Shown in pieces: positions 25,320-32,000 of a stretch of 32,000 bases of DNA. Position 1 is the stretch's first letter. Every line of letters starts with the position of its first letter. Under the pieces are notes generated by a model. That model made no database searches and had not been told where the DNA came from. It saw only the letters and a list, made by a program, of their open reading frames with translations. The stretch comes from an uncultured archaeon (lineage in GTDB: Archaea; Iainarchaeota; Iainarchaeia; Iainarchaeales; JAAZKV01), in the NCBI GenBank assembly GCA_964551375.1, contig CAZKBG010000001.1, positions 807,329 to 839,328 on the forward strand, written 5' to 3'. Made by a program: the position numbers and the translations under genes.

Positions 25320-25865
25320 TCACCAAGGAACCTTTTTCAGCTTCCAAATATAAGCAAGCCAGTTAGTGAACCTATGAATAAAGAAAGTCGCAATCAAAAG
25401 AACAATCACAATCCAATACGCAGGAAGCACCACAATACAGGACAATACCAAACCGCCCAAAATAAAGTCAAGCTGGTCAGCAAGATCCCACTTCTCTCCG
25501 CTTTTGATTCCAAATCTTCTCTTAAAGAAACTCTTAACCAAATCCCCCAAAATTGCTCCAAGAGAAAGGTAAAACGCAAGCTCAATATAATTAGGAATCA
25601 AAGTTAAAAGATGAGGCGAAACTAAAACAAGAATTGCCGCGATTAAAGTTCCGCTCGTAATTCCAGCAAGAGTGCCGATAATTGTTTTTCCTTTCCCAAA
25701 AAGAGGCTTTTCCCAGAGTTTTTTATTCAAATCAAGAGGAGTTTTGCCATGAATTACAACAGGAATTGAATTAGCAACATAAAGAGGAATTGCATAAAGC
25801 AAAATAAGCGTGATTGGATTGATAAGGCTAACAAGAGTTGGAATAATCAGGTCAATTGAACTCAT
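25320..25865 (-). CDS. carS: CDP-archaeol synthase (CDP-2,3-bis-O-geranylgeranyl-sn-glycerol synthase, DUF46)
   Basis: IPLYVANSIPVVIHGKTPLDLNKKLWEKPLFGKGKTIIGTLAG is the characteristic CarS N-terminal motif block, and the protein is about 180 aa with multiple TM spans. The ATG at 25865 is preceded by GTGG; the GTG at 25874 is the alternative start. Confidence 0.85.
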   Translation of the reverse strand: MSSIDLIIPTLVSLINPITLILLYAIPLYVANSIPVVIHGKTPLDLNKKLWEKPLFGKGKTIIGTLAGITSGTLIAAILVLVSPHLLTLIPNYIELAFYLSLGAILGDLVKSFFKRRFGIKSGEKWDLADQLDFILGGLVLSCIVVLPAYWIVIVLLIATFFIHRFTNWLAYIWKLKKVPW

Positions 25866-25893
25866 CAAAACCACTTTACAGAACTAAACTTAG

Positions 25894-26595
25894 TCAGATT
25901 AATAAGCCAAGCAGTATGCAAAAAACGGCTCCAGCAGTAGAGCCGATTAAATTAACCTGTGTTTTATCAAGCAAGTGCTTTGTTTCAAACAACCCGCCGA
26001 AAATTGAATCAACATTTGAGCCAACTAATCCCGCAAGAAGAACTACAATAGTTCCCCAAATATTTTGATAAGCAAAAAAGTAAATAAATGCAATTACAAT
26101 TCCGCCAAAGAGAGCTGCTCCTTCCCCCAGCATTGTAACTCCGCCATCAGTGCCTTTAGGGCACGGCTTAAGAGTAGTAATCATCACAGGCTTCTTCTTT
26201 GAATAATAACCGATTTCTGAAGACAAAGTATCAGCTAAAGCTGCTGAGATTGCCCCAAAGAACCCAAGCTCAAGAAGCACGGCATAATCCGGAAAGATTA
26301 AAATTAGTATAAGCATTGCAAGCGCGGGAAGAGAATTCCCAATAACATTCATAATATTTCTCTGCTCGTGCTTTTTTCTTGGGAAATTACTTGCAATTTC
26401 TCCAATCACAAAAAAAACAACAACAGAGCCAAGGTCAATTAGTGGATTAGGGCCAAAAGTAATCGCCGCAAGTCCCACAGCATTTGCGATTAAAACTCCC
26501 TCAAAATCAAGGAGCTTTTTTCTATAAGAAAAGAGCGAAAAAACAAAGAGGAAAACAAGAATAATCCCTAACTGAAAAGGATCATTAATTGCCAT
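25894..26595 (-). CDS. DUF92/TMEM19-family integral membrane protein (TIGR00297-like)
   Basis: GAISAALADTLSSEIG and PCPKGTDGGVTMLGEGAALFGG match the conserved DUF92 blocks (ADT..SE.G and GT.GG.S..G). The protein has about 7 hydrophobic spans. Confidence 0.8.
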   Translation of the reverse strand: MAINDPFQLGIILVFLFVFSLFSYRKKLLDFEGVLIANAVGLAAITFGPNPLIDLGSVVVFFVIGEIASNFPRKKHEQRNIMNVIGNSLPALAMLILILIFPDYAVLLELGFFGAISAALADTLSSEIGYYSKKKPVMITTLKPCPKGTDGGVTMLGEGAALFGGIVIAFIYFFAYQNIWGTIVVLLAGLVGSNVDSIFGGLFETKHLLDKTQVNLIGSTAGAVFCILLGLLI

Positions 26596-26611
26596 ACCAT
26601 TCCTTCGCTAA

Positions 26612-27208
26612 TTATTTAGATCCAAAGAAAGTAGATTTAGCCACAATAACTTTCTTTACAGGGCAAATCTTTGAAGCCTTCTTGAATAATTCGTTTGAAA
26701 AATTTCCTAGTAAAAGTTCCTGGACAACAAGTTCAAAATCTCTTCCCTTAAGAACAGCTAAAGAATCATCAATCATTTTTCTAATGATTGTCTTCTGAGC
26801 ATTAGTAGCCTTTCTGTCGGTTACAACAACAACAGTAGTCATTGCGTCTCCGCCAATAACAGGAATTCTTTTTACCAAACCAACTTTACTGTTTCTTCTT
26901 CTAACAGTTCTTCCAAGAGTTCCCTTGTTTACTGCGAATTGAGAAACAACCGTAGAAGCGTTCTGCCCCTGAATGTCGTTAACCTTGAATGAAATAACAT
27001 AATCTCTCTTTGCTCTCTGTCCAGTAACAGTGTCAAGAGTAGTTTTTAGAGTTCTTCCCATTATGTTCTTTGGCTTTTCTCCGGGAGTATCGCACAAAGG
27101 TCTTCTGTCAAAGATTTTAGAAGCTGAAATAGTGAACCACTTTTTCTTCTTCCACTTATCAACAGTTTTTCTTGCTGCGCTTGCTTTCTGTGCTTTTGTT
27201 TCCGCCAT
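26612..27208 (-). CDS. rps3ae: 30S ribosomal protein S3Ae (eS1)
   Basis: VDKWKKKKWFTISASKIF...MGRTLKTTLDTVTG...ISFKVNDIQGQNASTVVSQF is the collinear S3Ae signature. Confidence 0.92.
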   Translation of the reverse strand: MAETKAQKASAARKTVDKWKKKKWFTISASKIFDRRPLCDTPGEKPKNIMGRTLKTTLDTVTGQRAKRDYVISFKVNDIQGQNASTVVSQFAVNKGTLGRTVRRRNSKVGLVKRIPVIGGDAMTTVVVVTDRKATNAQKTIIRKMIDDSLAVLKGRDFELVVQELLLGNFSNELFKKASKICPVKKVIVAKSTFFGSK

Positions 27209-27212
27209 AATT

Positions 27213-27320
27213 TCACTCTCTTAACAATTCATCAATCTTACTTAAAGATTCAATGCCTTCCCCTTCAAAAACAACTTCCTTGCCTTTTAAGAGTCTGGCT
27301 TTAACTATCAAATCCTTCAC
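27213..27320 (-). CDS. Candidate micro-ORF (35 aa) exactly filling the S15-S3Ae spacer
   Basis: The ORF runs from a GTG at 27320 (or a TTG at 27311 behind AGGTGA) to a TGA at 27213-27215 and encodes VKDLIVKARLLKGKEVVFEGEGIESLSKIDELLRE. It starts 2 nt after the S15 stop and ends 4 nt before the S3Ae ATG. It falls below the ORF-track length cutoff and matches no family I recognise. Confidence 0.35.
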   Translation of the reverse strand: MKDLIVKARLLKGKEVVFEGEGIESLSKIDELLRE

Positions 27321-27322
27321 CT

Positions 27323-27739
27323 TTACTTCACTAGAAGAGCTGCCTGTTCAGGTGAGTATGCCCAACCTGCCGGGATTCTCTCTTTCTTTGAGTAATACTT
27401 AGTTAATCTTCTGATTTTTGAAACAGTTAATTCGTACCCTCTCTTTGCAGAATAATCCTTTTTATTCTTGTTCATGTGATTGTACAAAACAACGCTTCTT
27501 CTGATTAAATTTAACAAATCTTCAGGCATTTCTCCTAATAAGTTGTTTTCCTTTAATACCTGCTGGATTCCTTTACCGCTAGCTTCAACGAAGTTTTTTA
27601 CCCCGTGCTCGTCTCTTAAGATTAAGCCGATTTTACTAGCTGAATGACCTGCATTGGCAAGAGAAACGATTTGTTCCTCAATATCCTTTGAGTCATACTC
27701 CTTAACACTTACTTCCTTAGTTTTCTTTTTAGCCGCCAT
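27323..27739 (-). CDS. rps15: 30S ribosomal protein S15 (uS15, S13e type)
   Basis: HSASKIGLILRDEHGV...PEDLLNLIRRSVVLYNHMNKNKKDYSAKRGYELTVSKIRRLTKYY is the archaeal S15P/S13e signature. Confidence 0.92.
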   Translation of the reverse strand: MAAKKKTKEVSVKEYDSKDIEEQIVSLANAGHSASKIGLILRDEHGVKNFVEASGKGIQQVLKENNLLGEMPEDLLNLIRRSVVLYNHMNKNKKDYSAKRGYELTVSKIRRLTKYYSKKERIPAGWAYSPEQAALLVK

Positions 27740-27943
27740 ATATTTTCAACTCTGAAATTTAACCTTCCCAACCATTCCGGCTTGGGAAAGAACCATAAAA
27801 TCAATACTTAAATTACTAAAAAGAATGTTTATAAAGCTTGAGTTTGGGTTGATTTTCAAACTGCAAAGTTAACCAACCAGGAGATTTTTTGAAAAACTTT
27901 AAAGTTTTGGTTATTTTAAGAAGTTTTTATTTTTTGGGGTGTT

Positions 27944-28603
27944 TTAGTGATATCTCGCTCTCTTTTCAATTGCTTCCATTCTTGCAATCAGCTCTTCATC
28001 AGGGGAATATCCCTTCATTACAAGCGCCCAGCCGTTTTTGATTCCTGAATGAGTTGCGTTAAAAGTTTTTTTGAATACTACTAAGTCAGTTGCTCTGTCT
28101 TCAAGCTTTTTGGAAAAATATCCTAAGCCAAAATCAACAAAAAATAAACTTCCTTTTTCTTCAATGCGTTTGTTTAGTTCCGGATTGTCTGTTTTATCCG
28201 CTGCAATAATATTTGAAGTGGTTAAATCGCCGTGAATAACGCCAATATCATGAATTTTTCTAATGCATTTTCCAGCTTCTATTGCAAGCTCAGGATTTTT
28301 TGAAATAACTAATTTCAAAGCTTTTCCTTCAATAAACTCCATTATAATTTCAGAATCAGTTTCACCAACGCTATACACCTGAGGAGCATTAATTACGCTT
28401 GATACGCTTCGAAGAAGCTTTGACTCGCTTCTTGTTCTCTCTTTTCTAATAGAAGCATCAAGAATAGGGTTTCGATAATTCTTTGGAACTCGCTTTTTTG
28501 ACAATGCTTTCTTTTCTTCAAATAGAATTTCAGTAAGCTCCGCTTCAGCGCCTTTTTTATGAAGCACTTTTGAACTTTTCTCCGCATTTGGGGCTTTTTT
28601 CAT
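27944..28603 (-). CDS. bud32: Bud32/PRPK-type KEOPS kinase, stand-alone (not fused to Kae1)
   Basis: KGAEAELTE..., the catalytic loop IHGDLTTSNII and FVDFGLG are the hallmarks of the small RIO-like Bud32 kinase. The protein is 219 aa. Confidence 0.85.
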   Translation of the reverse strand: MKKAPNAEKSSKVLHKKGAEAELTEILFEEKKALSKKRVPKNYRNPILDASIRKERTRSESKLLRSVSSVINAPQVYSVGETDSEIIMEFIEGKALKLVISKNPELAIEAGKCIRKIHDIGVIHGDLTTSNIIAADKTDNPELNKRIEEKGSLFFVDFGLGYFSKKLEDRATDLVVFKKTFNATHSGIKNGWALVMKGYSPDEELIARMEAIEKRARYH

Positions 28604-28627
28604 GACTAATTAGTGAATGAATTTGTT

Positions 28628-31600
28628 TTAATTCCTTCTTTTTGATAGTAATCCAACAACAATTGCGAGAGCTGCAATTATTACAATTATGCCGTTATCA
28701 GGAACGCTTTTAGTAGGAGTTTCCTGATTGTAATTAATGAACTCAACTTTCTCGCAAACAGTGCAGTTTGGAGCATCAGGCTTAATATTAGCAGTAACTC
28801 TAATCACAGTTCCGTCAACAAAAGGAACAAGAGGAATTAAAGTTGAAGTAATTGGATTAACGTTGCAATCAACTTTTGAATTAGCAGGAGAACTTACTAA
28901 TAACTGAACAGGAATTGCTTCTGAAAAGTTCTCAAACTTCATAGTAGATTTTGCGTACTTTGTGCAAACAAGAGTAACTACAACATTTCCATCAACTATT
29001 TTTGCATCAAGAGAAACAATTGAATTAACATCAGAAGACACCGGCGGATAGCCTTTCTTAAAACAAGCTTTTAGAATTCCATTAGTTGAGCAAGGATAAG
29101 AAGTTTGGTACAAATTAGGGTAAGTAATTCCAGTCGCAAGGCAATTCATATCAAGTTCAGGACAAATCATGTCGCTGACATTAACAAGCACATCATCAGA
29201 GCGAACTTGATAAGCGTCATCATTCACAGTAAGTCTTAATGCTTTGATTCCATTAGCATCAATTCCAAGGCAATAAACTTTTGGAGTTAAAGTAGTTGAA
29301 TCAAATATAGCGCAAGTTGAAGTAGGACTTGGGCTTGGAGTAACAAAGCTCCAATTAATGACAAAAGGAGCAAGTCCGCCGTTAATTATTCCGATTAATG
29401 AAATATTTTGGTCTACAAATCCTGCCGCATCAGGCCCTGCTGAAATTGAAAACGGAGCAATTGTGGGATAAGTTACTACAATATTTACATCATCATTTGC
29501 AAAAGTTCTGCCGTCATTTACAGTAAATCTTACAGTCGCAGTTTTTGGTCCGCTCATGGCTGCGTCAATATCGCACCTAAATGTCGGTGTGAGAGTAGTT
29601 GCATTAGTAAGAGTGCACTTAGGATTAGTTGTGTTAACATCTTTTGTTATTACCCAGTTGTAAGTATAAATTCCTCTTCCTCCAAGCGCGCTTCCGTTTA
29701 AGACTTCATTATATCTTGTCGCAATTGACTTATCAGGTCCTGCGTTAGCTGATAAGTTAATTCTTATATTTGAAGAACAAACCGCGCTTTCACCAGCAAC
29801 ATTTCCAGTAATTAAAACAGAAATATTTCCGTCATTTTTGTGATAAGGGCATCTCATCAAAAATGTTGTTCCAACTGGAGTAGTGTTTCTAAATTCAGCA
29901 TCAATTGTAGTTAGTGAATAACATTTGGAATTAATGTTTGAAGAAGCAACTGGAGCTCCTGCAAAGTAAGAAGCTGTAACATTAAAGTCAATATTTGAGT
30001 CATATGCTGAAGTAATAGTTCCAGCAGGAAGAACTGTGCAGGCAGGACCAAGAACCAAAGTTAAAGTAAAAGCAGTCCAAGCAGATTTTAAGTGAGTGAA
30101 ATTATCTTCAGCCCTTACTCTGAAAGTTTTTGCTCCCGCAGTAGTCCAAGTATAAGTTCCCGTTCCAATAGTTGCGCTTGGAATATAATTAAGCGGAACA
30201 TTCTCATCGGAAATTCCGTCATTGTTCCAATCAACCTGATACTTGATTAAATCCCCTTCAGGATCAACCGAATTAAAATCAAAAGACTGCATACTATTTA
30301 CGCTTGCAGTTCCAGGAGTAGTTCTAACAACAGTAGGCGCGCTGGGAGCAAGATTTGGGTTTAAATTAATTGCGCGGGCAGTGCAAGCTTTTGTTTGAGA
30401 AGAACTTGCAATAGTAGCTCCAACGCTTAAACTTTGAACAGCTGAAACAGTATACGCGCACTGCGCAGTGCACAAACCTGAATAAGGAAGAGTGTTTTGA
30501 TTAACGCAAGTTAAAGGAGCAGTTGTAGCATTACCGCACGAAACCGAATCAACACCCGCAAGAGATGGATCCGCCTGAAAATCATTAAAATCAACAGTTA
30601 TTGTTGAATTCCCGCTAACTCTTCTTGGATTTGGGTTAATTTGAATAACTCTGCAGGTTGGAACAGGAATTGTTCTAACAGTTGCAGTATCTGATGCAGT
30701 TTCGCCAAGCGAATCAGTCACAGTAACTGAAAGAGTGGTGTCAGTGTAAATATTTGAACAACTTATAGTTGGAGTTGCTGTGTTTTGATTTGTTAAAGTA
30801 CAATTTCCAGCATTATTTGTAATAGCCCAATTCCAAGAAGTAATTGTTCCTCCGCCAGCTCTAGTTGCAGTCAAAGTAGTTGGAGTTCCAATAGTGTGAG
30901 TATAAGGTCCCCCCGCATCAACAGAAAGATTGGCAACAATGTTAATCGGACAATTAGCCCAAAGCGCAGAGTATTGTCCTGACTGGGATTGGGACATTAC
31001 TTTAATAGTTTTTGCTCCGACAGTAGTCCAGCTGTGCTGAGCATTAACAGTTGTTCCGCTCGCAACATAACCAGAAGCAGGAAACCATTCTTCAACAGTA
31101 TTTCCGCCATTCCAATTTACCCCATATCTTAAATTTTCATTATCAGTCCCAGTAAAACTAAATGCATAATTATTATTTGCAAGTCCTATTGAAGTGCAGC
31201 TTAAAGTTGGAGTATTGGGATATGGATTTGGCGCAGTAGGATTACAGCAAATTTCACCAGTAGTATAATCACAAATACCAAAAAGGTTTGGAGTTCCAGG
31301 ATAGCATAAATAATCTCCTAGCCCTCCAACCCCATTTACCCAATAAGGATTAATGAAAGGAGTTACAGGAGTGATTTGAGTAGGGAAACCCATTGTGCAA
31401 GTTCCTCCATAAGTAAAGCAAGTCAACTGCTGACCGCAGCAAGATTTTCCTGGAGCGCAAGTTCCGCTTCCAGTGGCATATTGAGGCAATCCCATATTGC
31501 AGGGCATCATATTGCAAGTCTGGCTCATATTTTGAGTGCATGTGTATGTTGCGCCGCAGCATGACTGTCCTATCCCGCATGTTCCGCTGCCATCAGCTCT

Positions 31601-32000
31601 GTTTATATTGCTGCAAGGCCCTCCATAAACACAATCCTGCATTACATTCTGCTCGCAAGTGTATTGCGGACCGCAGCAACTCTGCATTGTAGGACAAGTC
31701 CCATAAGCATCAGGGCGGTTATTTGAAGAACATAATCCTGTTGTGCAAACATTTGAACCGGTGCAGGTGTAAGGAGCGCCACAGCAGGATTGTCCCATTG
31801 CGCATGTTCCGCTGTAATTATCTGGACGGTTATTCATAGAGCAGCTTCCGCTCATGCACGTTCCGCCATAATTAGAGCAGGTATAACTTGGCTGTTCGCA
31901 ACAGCGATAAGATTCATTTGGCCAACTGTCTCCGGGCCCTGCGCAGTTTCCCCAATAACTCCAACCATAAGGACAGGAGTACATGCACTGGTCTCCGCCA
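28628..32000 (-). CDS. Giant C-terminally anchored surface protein (N-terminus outside the window) with six-Cys tandem repeats, PKD-like modules and a P-D-N-G + TM + KRRN tail
   Basis: The frame stays open beyond the track's M at 31984 up to the window edge (upstream codons read GGDQC). More than 1120 aa are visible. The C-terminus is VPDNGIIVIIAALAIVVGLLSKRRN. Confidence 0.88.
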   Translation of the reverse strand, partial: GGDQCMYSCPYGWSYWGNCAGPGDSWPNESYRCCEQPSYTCSNYGGTCMSGSCSMNNRPDNYSGTCAMGQSCCGAPYTCTGSNVCTTGLCSSNNRPDAYGTCPTMQSCCGPQYTCEQNVMQDCVYGGPCSNINRADGSGTCGIGQSCCGATYTCTQNMSQTCNMMPCNMGLPQYATGSGTCAPGKSCCGQQLTCFTYGGTCTMGFPTQITPVTPFINPYWVNGVGGLGDYLCYPGTPNLFGICDYTTGEICCNPTAPNPYPNTPTLSCTSIGLANNNYAFSFTGTDNENLRYGVNWNGGNTVEEWFPASGYVASGTTVNAQHSWTTVGAKTIKVMSQSQSGQYSALWANCPINIVANLSVDAGGPYTHTIGTPTTLTATRAGGGTITSWNWAITNNAGNCTLTNQNTATPTISCSNIYTDTTLSVTVTDSLGETASDTATVRTIPVPTCRVIQINPNPRRVSGNSTITVDFNDFQADPSLAGVDSVSCGNATTAPLTCVNQNTLPYSGLCTAQCAYTVSAVQSLSVGATIASSSQTKACTARAINLNPNLAPSAPTVVRTTPGTASVNSMQSFDFNSVDPEGDLIKYQVDWNNDGISDENVPLNYIPSATIGTGTYTWTTAGAKTFRVRAEDNFTHLKSAWTAFTLTLVLGPACTVLPAGTITSAYDSNIDFNVTASYFAGAPVASSNINSKCYSLTTIDAEFRNTTPVGTTFLMRCPYHKNDGNISVLITGNVAGESAVCSSNIRINLSANAGPDKSIATRYNEVLNGSALGGRGIYTYNWVITKDVNTTNPKCTLTNATTLTPTFRCDIDAAMSGPKTATVRFTVNDGRTFANDDVNIVVTYPTIAPFSISAGPDAAGFVDQNISLIGIINGGLAPFVINWSFVTPSPSPTSTCAIFDSTTLTPKVYCLGIDANGIKALRLTVNDDAYQVRSDDVLVNVSDMICPELDMNCLATGITYPNLYQTSYPCSTNGILKACFKKGYPPVSSDVNSIVSLDAKIVDGNVVVTLVCTKYAKSTMKFENFSEAIPVQLLVSSPANSKVDCNVNPITSTLIPLVPFVDGTVIRVTANIKPDAPNCTVCEKVEFINYNQETPTKSVPDNGIIVIIAALAIVVGLLSKRRN
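29174..31171 (-). other. Array of five PKD-like beta-sandwich modules of two kinds, separated by Cys-containing Ig-like spacers (approximate bounds)
   Basis: Kind 1 is exemplified by FSFTGTDNENLRYGVNWNGG...HSWTTVGAKTIKV and FDFNSVDPEGDLIKYQVDWNNDG...YTWTTAGAKTFRVRAED. Kind 2 is exemplified by LSVDAGGPYTHTIG..., LSANAGPDKSIATRYNEVLNGS...YTYNWVI and ISAGPDAAGFVDQNISL... Confidence 0.7.
31427..31885 (-). repeat. Four complete tandem 36-40 aa six-cysteine repeats, flanked by degenerate copies
   Basis: Each unit fits Y-T-C-x(5-7)-C-x(4-5)-C-x(11-13)-C-x5-C-C-G. Examples are YTCSNYGGTCMSGSCSMNNRPDNYSGTCAMGQSCCG and YTCTGSNVCTTGLCSSNNRPDAYGTCPTMQSCCG. Similarity is also visible at DNA level (shared ...GCATGTTCCGCTG... 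on the plus strand near 31575 and 31805). Confidence 0.85.

Noticed and set aside
1-32000. Search for tRNA, rRNA, CRISPR arrays, transposases, integrases and long direct or inverted repeats
   Set aside because: None was found. All spacers are under 300 nt, AT-rich and lack cloverleaf-capable GC stems. There are no spaced repeat arrays and no recombinase-like ORFs.

Overview
This is an AT-rich, tightly packed archaeal chromosome segment. It holds 22 well-supported protein genes and one candidate micro-ORF. I found no rRNA, tRNA, CRISPR array or mobile element. The housekeeping genes are a Hel308 C-terminal fragment, SepF, Cdc6/Orc1, PolD DP2 and DP1, UPF0147, a NOG1-type GTPase, SecF/SecD, CDP-archaeol synthase, a DUF92 membrane protein, ribosomal S3Ae and S15, and a stand-alone Bud32 kinase. 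PolD argues against a crenarchaeote. Many genes have a GGTG-type Shine-Dalgarno motif, and several appear to start at TTG. Five very large envelope proteins are interleaved with these genes and fill about 46% of the window, which fits a small-genome, surface-dependent (DPANN-like) archaeon; that lineage call is inference only. Four candidates for new biology stand out. (1) A miniature archaeosortase-like gene is translationally linked to carS and DUF92, and two giant surface proteins in the window end in a shared P-[DE]-x-G + TM + basic tail. (2) A three-gene operon (1824, about 558 and 844 aa) encodes proteins with three different membrane topologies. (3) A class III (type IV pilin-like) signal peptide is fused to a GLUG-repeat beta-helix adhesin, and the gene sits between cdc6 and polD. 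(4) A TTG-initiated tail-anchored protein is coupled to sepF. In addition, the membrane-distal end of a PKD-rich giant protein carries a tandem six-cysteine repeat array that I could not place in a known family. All functional calls rest on motif recognition by eye; no database search was possible.
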